Below are positions 1-11,860 of a stretch of 64,000 nucleotides of DNA, in pieces (positions within the stretch are counted from its first letter, which is position 1; every line of letters begins with the position of its first letter). The notes below the pieces were generated by a model. That model was not told the origin of the DNA. It saw nothing but the letters and a program-made list of their open reading frames with translations, and ran no database searches. Source of the DNA: Octopus sinensis (lineage: Eukaryota). The position numbers and the translations under genes are program-made. The stretch spans positions 59,706,001 through 59,770,000 of the forward strand of contig NC_042998.1 in NCBI RefSeq assembly GCF_006345805.1, in the 5' to 3' direction.

Positions 1-430
1 AAGAAATTATTGAAGAAATCCCATTAGAAGAAATCGAGAAAATTCATTATTTAGCTCACCATCCTGTAAGACAGTACACGCACAAAGTTGAGAGTTGTTT
101 ACGATGAGAATGCAAACGGTAGTAAATATTGGCCATCTCTTAATCTCTACAGAGCTCAAGTAATTCTACCAGATCTTGCAGGTATCGTGCTGCGCATTTA
201 ACTAACACACACAACTATGATTACCGACGAAAGAACGGCATTACTACAAGTAGAACTACGCGAAAAAGATTGTGATGTCACTCGATTCTTCTGGATCAAA
301 GACCCACTGAAATCAGCCATGATTTTGTTGTGTACTATTTTCGACGAGTGCCTTTTCATTTGTTCACCGTTTCTATTAGCTGCTTCTGTCTACATTAATG
401 GACGTTTACATGAAAAATCGTCTGTCTAAC
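1..430 (+). mobile_element. Degenerate BEL/Pao LTR-retrotransposon reverse transcriptase fragment
   Basis: Frameshifted translation IIEEIP..IHYLAHHPVRQ / KLRVVYD..SLN / LPDLAGIVLR / ALLQVELREKDCDVTRFFWIKD matches the BEL/Pao RT motifs HYLPHHPV, KLRVVYDAS and D.TRFLW; contains stops. Confidence 0.8.
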
Positions 431-1052
431 CATCGTACGTCATTTTCCAATATAAATAAAAGACAATTTCCATCACTATCGAACCTCGTCTAGAGACTTA
501 AAGAGAATGGAGTGGGGCACACGATCCACTGGTCTATAATGAAAAGAAAACGCTGAGCCATGCAACAGAGCATCACGAGTATGCAACGTATGCTTATGAG
601 AAATTCTGGAAATCATCACATCCAGGGAAATGTGGTAAATAGACACTCCATGGGGATCTCATTCCATGTAAACATAAAACCAAAACATCGCTTCTGGAAC
701 GGAATAATGTCAACTTTCTGCAACGGAATAATATCAACTGCCCATAGCATATTATAGAACAAGGAAGGAACACAAACAAATAAACTAACCGACTAATATT
801 TAGGATGGTTTACACTATACCACTGTACAACACGAAACAATTAAAAGGACACCCTTAAAAAAGTATCATTTATCAATTCTGATAATGAACTCCAAAAGCT
901 GATGGGTGTAGTTGCTGTAGTGATTGCACCGGCTGAACTGTTTACTTCAGAATTCATTGATTTAATCATACCTTAAATGATATCGAACAAAGGACTGTAC
1001 GGCCCATTCTTGACATATATATACGCACACAGAGTCAAACGTCTATATATAT

Positions 1053-2745
1053 ACAAGAAAAAAGCAACAAGAATGGATTAGTTGTTCAGTACAATTGTTT
1101 CATACGAAGAAAAGATTTATTAAAAGCAGCAAAAGTTGCAGCAAATACAAGTGTCCCGTATTCATCAGCCAAAACACATATGAGTTTTCCAAACATCCTA
1201 GGGGGTGAGGCTACACTCACGAAGTATCGAAGAGAGTTCTATGAAAAGCAAAAGTTAGGTAGTAAGCAGACTTAAAATGTTTTCTAATGATGTACAGTTT
1301 TATAAAAGGTTTTAAAAAAAGTTTTTTAAAAGGTTTTTAAAAAAGATTGTTAGCTTCACAGAAAAGGTAAATCCATCCATAATAATGCAGGTGTAATTTC
1401 CGGAGATATGAGGAGAGATTTTATTCTCAGAAGATAAATGCATCCATAATAAAGCAGATGTAATTTCCTGATATATGAGGAGAAGATGTTGATCACACAT
1501 CTATTCGTTTCACAAAACTACGTTGCTGGAAGAAGTGATTGGCTGTAGTGGCTAAAAGAAGTCGCAAAAGAAGTCAGTGAAGTAGAAACCGCCCAAATAA
1601 GGACATAATGGGAGGAAGGGGGTGTAAGTATACAACCTACAAAGTTAAGTTTATTTCTGTGGTGACAGAAAATCTATGTCAGTGTTGCAGGAATTTAAGA
1701 ATTTATAAGAGAAAATTATTTTTGACCATCAGACAGCTATTAACTGCCACTCCTACAGAGTTAATGGCGGGATAAAGAATATAAAGAGAACAAAGGAAAG
1801 AATTGAGGGGGTCAAAGGCTATCAGTAGAGGAACATATATTAAGAAATTTAAGTGCAACACTAGAACAGGAAGTTATTTATTTATTTATTTATTTATTAT
1901 TGTTTCTATTTATACAAATGTTTATAAATTGTAAGACAGACTTTAGGTCTATACCTAGAGGTCAATTAATTTCTATAGTGATTGGTGTGAGAGTATTGCT
2001 TATTCAAAAATATAGTGAAAATTATAGTGAAAATTCTTTAAATTATTATTAAGGGAGTAGCATTACCTATTAAACTTAGAATAGAATTAGGAAGTATTAG
2101 CAATTTATTTGAATTAAGTTAGGTTAATTAAATTGACTATGTAGTCAATTAAAATTTGGCAACATACAAATACTAATTGGGTTTTTTGTGTCCTAAACAG
2201 GTACAGTTAGAAAGAAAGAACACCGGTGGAAGAGCTCACAGATATCTATTTAAAATATATTAGAGTTTTGCTCTTTTGGTAAATACAAGATAAACGTAGC
2301 TCTATACGATTATTCTATACGATTTATTTAAAATATTTAAGAGTCTTGATTTTTGCGTGAATACAAGAGATCCAAATTCGATACGGATATTTAACAAATT
2401 TTTATTTTTTCTATGCTTTAAAATGTCATGTCTCCATGGAGCAGAGTTGGCAACCTACCCTGTTATTTCTATAAGGCATCGCTCTTCTAACTATTTCCCA
2501 ATTAAAGTTATATTTAATATTATTATTTTTGAGTTCCCAGATCTTACTTGAAAGTGTGGTGCAACCAGCTTTATGACGTAACTTAAATGAGGAGATATGG
2601 TTGCTAACTCTTTGTTTAAATTTTATAGTACAACCCAAATAAAAAAATTCGCTATTCTCAGTAGTTAGGGTACATTTATAGATTACGTTATGGACCCCAC
2701 ACAGACCAGGTGCCGGGCATTTTGACTTAATCTTACAATTACACC
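1053..2745 (-). mobile_element. 5'-truncated Penelope-like element: GIY-YIG endonuclease remnant plus long 3' pLTR region
   Basis: 2426-2745(-) encodes CNCKIKSKCP...NVIYKC...FYLGCT..FKQRVSNH..SF...LS.KIW...WEIV...CQLC (PLE GIY-YIG); bounded by TA repeats; HHR motif near the 3' end. It may be two adjacent fragments. Confidence 0.75.
1085..1173 (-). ncRNA. Type I hammerhead ribozyme motif
   Basis: Minus strand reads tttgg-CTGATGA-ATACGGG..(long loop)..TTCGTAT-GAAAC-AATT-GTA-ctgaa; canonical core, paired stem II, palindromic stem III. Confidence 0.75.
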
Positions 2746-2805
<60 letters not shown>

Positions 2806-2835
2806 TGTGTGTTTGTGTATGTGTGTGTGTGTATT

Positions 2836-4600
2836 TAAAGTTAAAACATAGTCTAGTTTTCACGTCTTTTATTATGGTATTTTGCAAACGTATATAGTTT
2901 TTTACAATGTTGAGGTGTGTTAAACATTAAAGAAATATTTTGTAATGTTCATAAAGTTCAATTAGATCTTACATACGTTCGTAGTAATCATCAGATTTCA
3001 AACTGTATTAAACTAACAATTGAGTTCTTGGCAACTGTAGTAGAATAACTGAATTCTTCATTTTTGTACCTCTTAGAAGGCTCTAACATGCTGAATTTGT
3101 GGAATACGGTTTTGATCAATCCACATGCAGCTTAAATGTTACGGTATACCGGGCGTAACGATATTACTGGCGTAGATCCCGCCTTTATTTTAATCAGTTG
3201 TCTTGAGGTTTACATGTAATGGTTTTTATGAGTGAGCAAACTCAGTTGGTTTCGATCGCTTTTATTTCAGTTTGTGGGAGTCTTCTGTAATTTGTTTAGT
3301 TTCATATGTTAAAGATATCTTTTTAATCCACATCATTAACTGGTCGTTATATTATTATCATTTCCGTTCAGAACAGGTTTGGATATTACTTACAGAAAAT
3401 AGCATGCAACGAGTAAATGAGATAACTATAGAACAACTTAGGGCAACATGAGAAAGACGAACCAATCAACAGAAGACAATACCATTTCTAGTAGCACACA
3501 ATCCGCATAACCAAAACATCTTTAACATCAACAAAAGAAATTTGCCAATCATGAAACAAAGTGAAAAATTAAAAAAACATGACTAATCACTTATTTTAAG
3601 CAAAAGGCCACCACAAAATCAAACCTAAAGAAACTATTAACAAAGGCAAAATTCAACATGAACAAATAGGATAAATTATTCACAGTATCCAAGTGTAATG
3701 ATAACAGATGTGGAACGTGTCAATACATGCATACCGGTAGATCCATTACAACAAAATATGGGCAGATTTACACAAATACAGATATGGACTTCAAAATCAG
3801 AAATTTGATCTACTGCATTAAATGTCCAAATTACGAGGAACTATATATTGGCAAGTCAGGGAATGCATTATCGGAATGCTCACCAGTTCACAGACAACAA
3901 ATCCGGAAAAATAATGTTCGCCAAATTCCATTGAGCGAACACATGTATTCAGGAAATGTTTCTAACTTTTCCTTTCTGCAAGCTACATGATACAAGTGAG
4001 GCCGGAAGAAAGATAAAAGAAAAACGTTTTATTAAAATCTCCGAATCTGTTCTGAACGGCAATAACAACAGTAATACAACAACCAGTTAATGATGTGGGT
4101 TAAAAAATATCTTTAACATATGAATATAAGAAATTACAGAAGACTCCCTCTAATTTAAATAAAAGCGATCGAAACCAATAAGTTTGCTCATTACATGTAA
4201 CTCGAAAGCTAATTGGTTAGAATAAATGTGGGATCTATGCCAATAATATCAGTACGCACGAAAAACCATGATGTGTAAGGTGCATGCAGATTGGTCAAAA
4301 CCACATTCCAAAAATCAAGCTTGTTGGAGCCTTCTAAGAGGTATAACAATGAAGAATTCAATTATTCTACTATGGTTAACTGTCAGTTAAATACGCTTTG
4401 AAATCTGATGATTATTGCGAAAGTATAAAAGCGCTAATTGCCCTTTATGAACATTACAAAATACATTTTTTAATGATGAGCACATCGTAAAAGAATTGTT
4501 TTTTTTAAAACCATAATAAAGAACGTGTAAACTAGACCATGTTTTAACTTTATTCGACTGATATTATATTATTCTATACTCATTTATACAAATTCAGAAT
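2836..4600 (+). mobile_element. Old Penelope-like element: inverted pLTR + 3' ORF fragment (linker, GIY-YIG) + pLTR + tail
   Basis: Diverged inverted arms 2836-3382 / 4040-4552; inside are KTIPFLVAHNP, CNDNRCGTCQY and NLIYCIKCPNYEELYIGKS..HRQQIR; decayed CTGATGA..GAAA at 4405-4422 mirrored near 2970-2994; unpaired tail 4553-4600 then (TA)n. Confidence 0.85.
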
Positions 4601-4609
4601 ATATATATG

Positions 4610-4647
<38 letters not shown>

Positions 4648-4649
<2 letters not shown>

Positions 4650-5881
4650 TAAACAGTAAAAATAATTACAGACATGGACAAGAACATGAAACACCACAGA
4701 GACGACACAAGAACCACAGGACGGGACGTTCGAAGCCGTCAGTCATCAGTCAAGAACCAGATCATCTTAGCAATTTCGGCTGATTAATCTTGAGATTGCT
4801 CCGATATGGCCAGCCAGCCAAGGGAAATCTAAGCCAAGCGCATTAGATCCCCTGGAAGAAAGCTTCGAATGTATACAACGCGAGGACGGAAAACGAACGA
4901 AGTACATAAACAAAAATACAGAATACGTGACACCAATAAGAATACAAAAACGTAAAAACAATAACGGTAAAAATAAAAATAAAAAATAATAAACAACAAA
5001 ACAAAACCAGGACGTGGGACAAGGGTCTTTCGACAGGACGAGTTAAGTATGGGGCTGGCTTGTGAAGTTGTGCCTAATGGCCACGGGGAGACGAACAAAT
5101 ACGTGTTGCTTCTGCGGCTGCTGAAAACGAAAAGAGCGCTCAACGGCGGCTAGCTGTCACGTGAGAACAGAAGACAGGAGAAAGGGACAGATGAAAAGAG
5201 AGAGAAGGTGGACGAGGGAGGAGAAGAAAGAGACAGATCGAGGAGGCTGGAGGTGAGAGAGATAGAGAAACGTAGAAGGGGGGGGAGACGGATGGAGAGG
5301 GAAAGAAGGGAAGGGGAATAAGGGAGGAGAGAGAGAGAGAAAAAGAGACAGATTAAGAGTCGTATCAAAGCTAGAGAAAAAAATATACTTATCGTATAAG
5401 GTCAATTGTGGATACGTAGCCGCCGATTATATAGGTAAACAGTAAAAATAATTACAGACATGGACAAGAACATGAAACACCACAGAGACGACACAAGAAC
5501 CACAGGACGGGACATTCGAAGCCCTCAGTCATCAGTCAAGAACCAGATCATCTTAGCAATTTCGGCTGATTAATCTTGAGATTGCTCCGATATGGCCAGC
5601 CAGCCAAGGGAAATCTAAGCCAAGCGCATTAGATCCCCTGGAAGAAAGCTTCGAATGTATACAACGCGAGGACGGAAAACGAACGAAGTACATAAACAAA
5701 AATACAGAATACGTGACACCAATAAGAATACAAAAACGTAAAAACAATAACGGTAAAAATAAAAATAAAAAATAATAAACAACAAAACAAAACCAGGACG
5801 TGGGACAAGGGTCTTTCGACAGGACGAGTTAAGTATGGGGCTGGCTTGTGAAGTTGTGCCTAATGGCCACGGGGAGACGAA
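4648..5881. repeat. Partial tandem duplication of a non-coding dispersed repeat (448-bp copies, period 786 bp)
   Basis: 4648-5095 is nearly identical to 5434-5881; both start GGTAAACAG after TA; a diverged inverted relative lies at ~30072-30327. Confidence 0.9.
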
Positions 5882-6075
5882 AACGCCTTCCATCCGGCCC
5901 TTACTCTCCGTGAGATCTCCTTTTCAATATCTCGGCACATATTCACTTCCTCTTCCAGATAGACATATTCCTTTACCTCCTCTATTTCATCACTGTCGAT
6001 CACCATTCGACCTGTTGGTACGTTGTCTGACCGCATAAACTTCGTTTTTATGCGGTTCATCTTGAGACCCACAAT
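5880..6075 (-). mobile_element. RTE-clade LINE RT C-terminal fragment
   Basis: VGLKMNRIKTKFM...IEEVKEYVYL...EISRRVRAGWKAF is typical of the RT thumb region in RTE elements. Confidence 0.75.
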
Positions 6076-6449
6076 ACCCTTAGGTAATCCCAATAACCTA
6101 ATAAATCTACATTTTAACTCCTAATCCCTATCTAATTCCTCACTTATACTCGAATATCACAATCATCTAATCATATTCATGTGTATGTGCATCCATGCAT
6201 ATGTGCGTATATATGTATGTATGTGTATGCATGTAAGTATGTATGTGTGAATATACGTATGCATGCATGGTATATATACCTGCGTGTACAGGAGCGATAA
6301 TATATGCAGATGCACGTTTATATGGGTGCGCATGTGTGCATATGCATACTAGTAAGAGTTGTATATGTAGATATTGATATGTATAAACACCTGCATAAAT
6401 ATAAATATACATGTCCAATATATACATGTGTATACCTCTTCACATATAT

Positions 6450-7293
6450 ATTTTATTCTACTACTAAGCACTGACCTGTCCAACCACCCAAATTCCTAAA
6501 TTCTTCATCCCATACTACTACCCCTCTCTCTGTCCCATCACTTGGACTCTATCTCTGCACAGTTGAACCTCCTTTACTTTTTATAACTCTCTCTCTCTCT
6601 CTATCACACCCATTCCTTTTATCTTTTTACACTCTAATACCTTTCTCCCTCTGTCACCCTTATCTCCCCATTCCTACTTTCAAACTGTCTCGACTGACCT
6701 CACACTGGTACACTTTCCCTTACAATCTCTTCATTATTTTCCTTTTTCTTTTTCTTTCTTCTTTATTCCTCGCTTCCTGTTTTTTCCCTCTTTTTAATTT
6801 TTATTTATTTTATTATTTTATATTTTCTTCTTATTTTCTCCTGTTTTTTCTCTTTCTTTCTCTTTTTTCCTCTTTCTTTATTCCATTCTTCCTGTTTTCG
6901 ATTTGACCTTACTAATACATTCCCTACTTCTAGGTCACTTTAAATAAAACCCATGATTCAATATCACTGTGTATAAACTCTATACTTGGAATGACCAATC
7001 TTAAATACTATTGGATTTTACTCACAAATTATTGGAATCATATGTATACTATTCTGCCTAAATAATGGATCTACAAAAACAATATCCTTGCATATCTCAC
7101 ATCTGTTTTCATTCGTCCACCTCAATCTCTATTTCTTTTCTTATCTAAATTAACTATTGCTTAACCATCTTCTCACACCGTCTCCGATGAAGGGATATAA
7201 TAAATATCTTAGAAACAGGTGTAAGACCTATTTATAAATGCTCTAAAATCTACACAGCCTTGGGTATTTTTTACCTCATTACGAAAAAATATT
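6450..7293 (+). mobile_element. PLE-type pLTR/3' end fragment with hammerhead motif
   Basis: Pyrimidine-rich tract ends in an HHR motif, a ~65-nt tail and (TA)n; the 5' boundary is uncertain. Confidence 0.55.
7180..7227 (+). ncRNA. Type I hammerhead ribozyme motif (U4C core variant)
   Basis: GTCT-CCGATGA-aGGGATAT-aataa-ATATCTTa-GAAAC-AGGT-GTA-AGAC: stem I GTCT/AGAC, 7-bp stem II, GUA cleavage triplet. Confidence 0.75.
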
Positions 7294-7308
7294 ATATATA
7301 TATATATA

Positions 7309-8938
7309 CAGTTGCGGCCAAAATGTTCAAAACGGCATTGTTTTCGTCAGAAAAGTAAGTATAAGTTTTTATTAAAGTTGTTTTATATTCTATAATTTTC
7401 ACAGACAATAAATATAATATTAATTTGTATTTTCTGAGATTTTGGTGTAATTTGAGAGGGTAATACAAAAGTAATGGATGATATAGTTATTTACTGCAAA
7501 ACCCATGGTGGCCAAAATTATCAGAACGGTTGAAAAAATAACAAAATAATCAAAAAGTGACAGAGAGTGCTGGAATTATTTAATATTTAGTGTGAAGCCC
7601 TTTAGCTTCAATCAAAGTTTGACATTTTTGACTGCATGGGGAAATTAAATTTTCAATTTCTTGCTGGGTGATCTTATTCCATTCTTCCTGAAGGGCATTC
7701 CATAATTGCTCGGTTGTTTTAGGATTTCTGGCTTTCAAACGTTCTCCTAGAATATTCCACACATTTTCAATAGGATTGAGGTCTGGGCTTTGAGCAGGCC
7801 AATCCATAACAATAACCTTTTCAGCCTTGAGGAAGTTCATGACCACCTTAGCCTTGTGACAAGGGGCACTGTCCTGTATGAATATGGGTGGTCGCTAAGT
7901 TGAATTTCTCAGCACAGGCAAGACATGATCTTTTACAAGTTGTTTATAAACTCCTACATTTACATTTCCATGTAATCGCAGCAAAGGACCCACAACATCT
8001 CCAGATATCATCCCTCAAACCATGACACCTCCGCCACCGAATTTAACACTAGTCTTAAGGCATTTAGGTGACAATTTTTCACCTGCTTTTCGACGAACGT
8101 ACCTTTTCCCATCTGAGCCAAACAACATAGACTTAGATTCATCACTGAAATGCACCGTTTGCCATTTTTCTTGAGACCACAACACATGTTCGGTTGCAAA
8201 GGTAAGACGACACTTTTTATTCTTGGAGTTGATCAGTGGCTTCACTGCAGGTGCTCTTGCTTGTAGGTCATGTTAAACGAAACGACGAGACACAGTTTTT
8301 CGAGATAAAATTTTCTTCAGTACAAAGCTCATCTCCCGAAAAACAGCAGCAGCAGTTTTAAATCTGTCCTTTTTAACCAACTTTAACATAGCACGATCTT
8401 CTCTCTTGGTCGTTTTTCTTGGCCTACCTGTAGACTTTCTTGCTTCACACGCACCACAATCATTGTAGACCTTAAGAATACCATGAACAACACTTTTTGA
8501 CTTGTTAACAATCTTTGCAATAGATCTGATACTTAAATTATCCTTCTTTCGAAGCGTAATAATCTGCTGACGAATTGGTAACGGGGTAAGTGGCATTATA
8601 TTAACAACGTACACTGCAGATATTCTTACTAATGTTTAGTAAACGAACTGTCACGTAAACAAATTCAAAACATTAGAGTTCCACGGTTAAATATACTAAA
8701 ACACGGAGTAAAAAGCAACCGTTCTGATCATTTTGGCCGCCATGGGTTTTGCAGTAAATCACTAAATCATCCATAACTCTTTTATTATCCTCTCAAATTA
8801 CACCAAAATCTTAGACAATAACAAATAATATTGTATTTATTGTCTGTGAAAATTATAGAATATAAAACAACTTTAAAAAAACTTATACCTACTTTTCTGA
8901 CGAAAACAATGCCGTTCTGAACATTTTGGCCGCAACTG
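7309..8938 (-). mobile_element. Full-length Tc1-family (DD34E) DNA transposon with IR/DR termini
   Basis: CAGTTGCGGCC...GGCCGCAACTG termini flanked by TA; ~224-bp TIRs (7309-7532, 8716-8938), each with outer and inner GGCCAAAAT..TCAGAACGG-like direct repeats; 1630 bp. Confidence 0.95.
7580..8596 (-). pseudogene. Tc1 transposase, disrupted
   Basis: HTH + GRPRKTT, FSDESK, QDSAPCH and WPAQSPDLNPIE motifs split by in-frame stops and a frameshift. Confidence 0.9.
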
Positions 8939-8978
8939 TATATATATGAACTGTGTGCATTTTCTTTTTCGTATTATA

Positions 8979-10000
8979 CTGGGTCATCCCATAAATAATG
9001 CGGTTTCTTTATACATTTTATATTTTTCAAACTTAAGGTAAAGAAATTCCTTTTTTAATCTAAAATGTACTCTCCTTCATTTTCTACAACGCTCTTCCAT
9101 CTATCTAGTATACTTGCAAGGCCCCTCTTCCTAAATTCACTTGTCCGTGACGAAAACTACACCTCCAGTACTGTTCTGACCTCGTCGACAGAATTCATAC
9201 TTTTTCTCTCCAAATGATTTTGAAGACTGGGGAATAAATGATAATCAGATGGGGCGATGTCCGGCGAATATTGAGGTTGTAGCATCGTTTCCCATTAAAA
9301 CACCTCCAGACTTTGGAATGTCATTCTCGCCTTATGTGGCCGAGCATTATCCTGATGGAAGAACACCTTTCGTCTTGAAACCGAAGATGGTCGTTTTTGT
9401 TCTAGCGCTGACTTCAGCCGCTCAAGCTGCTCACAGTAGATCTCCTTTGTTATCATTCGGTTTACGTTTAAAAGTTCGAAATGGATTAAACATTTAATAT
9501 CCCACCAAATAGATAACATCACCTTACGTGGGTGAAGACCTTCTTTAGCCTGGGGTGCCAGTGTTTCTTCTTTCCCTACTCACTGTCTTCGGCGATTGAC
9601 ATTTTTATAGAAAACCCATTTCTCGTCCCCAGTCACTATTCGGTCCCAAAATCTTTTTTAATTCGTGAGACGTGACAGCAAAGAAGAGCACACATTCACT
9701 CTCTGCATGCGATTAGACTTGGGAAGTTTATGAGGATCGCATTGACCCAATTTGTTGACTTTCCAATAGCACGCACGGGCTAATGAATGGTTGAATGACC
9801 AAATCCAAGCTTCTATGCTACTTCTTGAACAGTTACGATGGGATTTTCTTCCACCAGGATTTGCAGGAATTCCTCGTCGAGCTCTACAGATCTTCCAGGA
9901 TAAGATGCATCTTCTAGACTATAGTTTCCGCCGCGGACTTTCTGGAAACACCGTTGACACTGGCTTACACTTGTTGTCCGATCCCCATATACTGCATTAA
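8979..10000 (-). mobile_element. Mariner (DD34D) transposon, 5'-truncated and decayed
   Basis: One TIR CTGGGTCATCCCATAAATAATGCGG after TA; motifs NINAVYGD, IVTGDEKW, MLSIWWD, HQDNARPH, YSPDIAPSDYHLF in several frames. Confidence 0.9.
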
Positions 10001-10081
10001 TGTTGTGTGCATTTTTATGATATATCTTTTTCAATACAACTCACCACGTGGGGGTAAATCTCTTCACCTAAATGTTATACT

Positions 10082-10153
<72 letters not shown>

Positions 10154-10180
10154 TGCGTGCGAGTAATATATATATATATA

Positions 10181-11455
10181 GATCAATAAATGGTGGGGTT
10201 GTGTTGACCGCACGTGGAGAAATGATAAGCAAGGAAAAATTGTAAAATTGCAGAATGCTCGATTGAAAGAAAATTTTAATGAAATGAGGAAATGAAAAAA
10301 TATATAAATATATATTTATTCAAACCGGTTTTCGTCATAGTTTGACTTATCAAGAATAGTTAGGTGAAAAGGTTTTTAAAAAATGAGAAAAGGGAAAAAA
10401 AGTTGCATTGTTTTTTGCAAAAGAATAATAATAAATATGTATAAAAATTAAAAAATAAGTACTCCGATACATTGTGAGTTCGTTGTGTATCTTGAGTTTA
10501 ATGAATGTTCACGAAAAAATTACCTTGAGGTATTAGGATCCAATGGGATTAAGGCCATGTGTTGTTTGGTTTAATTTAGGATGTTGGCAAAACAGGAAGT
10601 AGTAGTAATTGTGGTTCTTCAGTTCCTGTGTTGTGAATAAGGGGAGACAACTCTTTTGAGTTCTTCAATAAAGGCTGCTGATAAAACCCCAAATTATAAA
10701 ATTGTCATTTTAGCTTCATTTGCATTATCTTTTTTATGTAATTGTTTGTTAATTTAACTTTCAGATTTTAACACTTTGTTTATATTATTTTCTAATTATA
10801 TAAATTTGCATAGACAATTGCATTTCAGATTGTTATATCATAAATAATAAAGATGATGGTAATAACAACAATAGTAAAAATGATATTTAAAGAATAAAAG
10901 TTTTTGCTTGAAGTGATGAATCTATGGTATCCTTATATATTTGTGTGAGTCCATCCATGAAGAATGAAGTAGAAAAGGGAAGTTTGATCAACGAGGAGTT
11001 TGTATATTAAGTTGTGTTTGGAATTTTTCAATAAAGAGATTCTCCTTGTTAATTCTCTCCTGTGTGGAGAACCACAATTACTACTACTTCCTGTTTTGCC
11101 AACATCCTAAGTTAAACCAAACAACACATGGCCTTAATCCCATTGGATCCTAATACCTCAAGGTAATTTTTTCGTGAACATTCATTAAACTCAAGATACA
11201 CAACGAACTCACAATGTATCGGAGTACTTATTTTTTAATTTTTATACATATTTATTATTATTCTTTTGCAAAAAACAATGCAACTTTTTTCCCCTTTCTC
11301 ATTTTTAAAAAACATTTTCACCTAACTATTCTTGATAAGTCAAACTATGACGAAAACCGGTTTGAATAAATATATATTTATATATTTTTTCATTTCCTCA
11401 TTTCATTAAAATTTTCTTTCAATCGAGCATTCTGCATTTTTACAATTTTTCCTTG

Positions 11456-11460
<5 letters not shown>
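10181..11460 (-). mobile_element. Young foldback Penelope-like element (tail + pLTR + ORF C-terminus + inverted pLTR)
   Basis: Near-identical ~394-bp inverted arms 10225-10618 / 11068-11460; 44-nt unpaired tail 10181-10224; spacer minus strand encodes ERINKENLFIEKFQTQLN (GIY-YIG C-terminal helix); flanked by (TA)n. Confidence 0.85.
11327..11368 (+). ncRNA. Minimal type I hammerhead ribozyme, U3-A8 covariant core (mirror copy at 10317-10358, minus)
   Basis: TATTC-TTGATAA-GTCA-aacta-TGAC-GAAA-A-CCGG-T-TT-GAATA: perfect 5-bp stem I, 4-bp stem II, palindromic stem III AACCGGTT. Confidence 0.75.
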
Positions 11461-11508
<48 letters not shown>

Positions 11509-11509
11509 T

Positions 11510-11692
11510 TTACAAATTGAGTAGAAGTGACTTTTCTGATAAATTTTCACCTTTAGTGATTAGATGTTTTTGTAAACACCTAATGATTTATAAATATCTA
11601 ATAAAGTAGAAAAATTATCAGAAAAGCGATTCGTATCCATTTTTTCCCAATATATAATATTCTAATGTGGCATTTCTATTTCTAATTCTACT
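11510..11692. repeat. Decayed mini hairpin element with right-hand tail
   Basis: CTTTTCTGATAAATTTT..CTTTA..TTAGAT pairs with ATCTAATAAAG..AAAATTATCAGAAAAG; next to (TA)n; ~45-nt tail. Confidence 0.55.
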
Positions 11693-11817
11693 ATATATAA
11701 TAGAATAAGCTGTATATAACTGAGCTCATTAACATTACAACTAGCACAAAGAGATACTTGAAAATGTAATCAAACAACCTTTTGGAATAAATAATGCATT
11801 GCTTTCTCTATATCTTT

Positions 11818-11860
<43 letters not shown>

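Noticed and set aside
4715-4750. CTGATGA..GAAC..GTC on the minus strand as a hammerhead
   Set aside because: GAAA core incomplete in both copies and stems I and II do not pair convincingly
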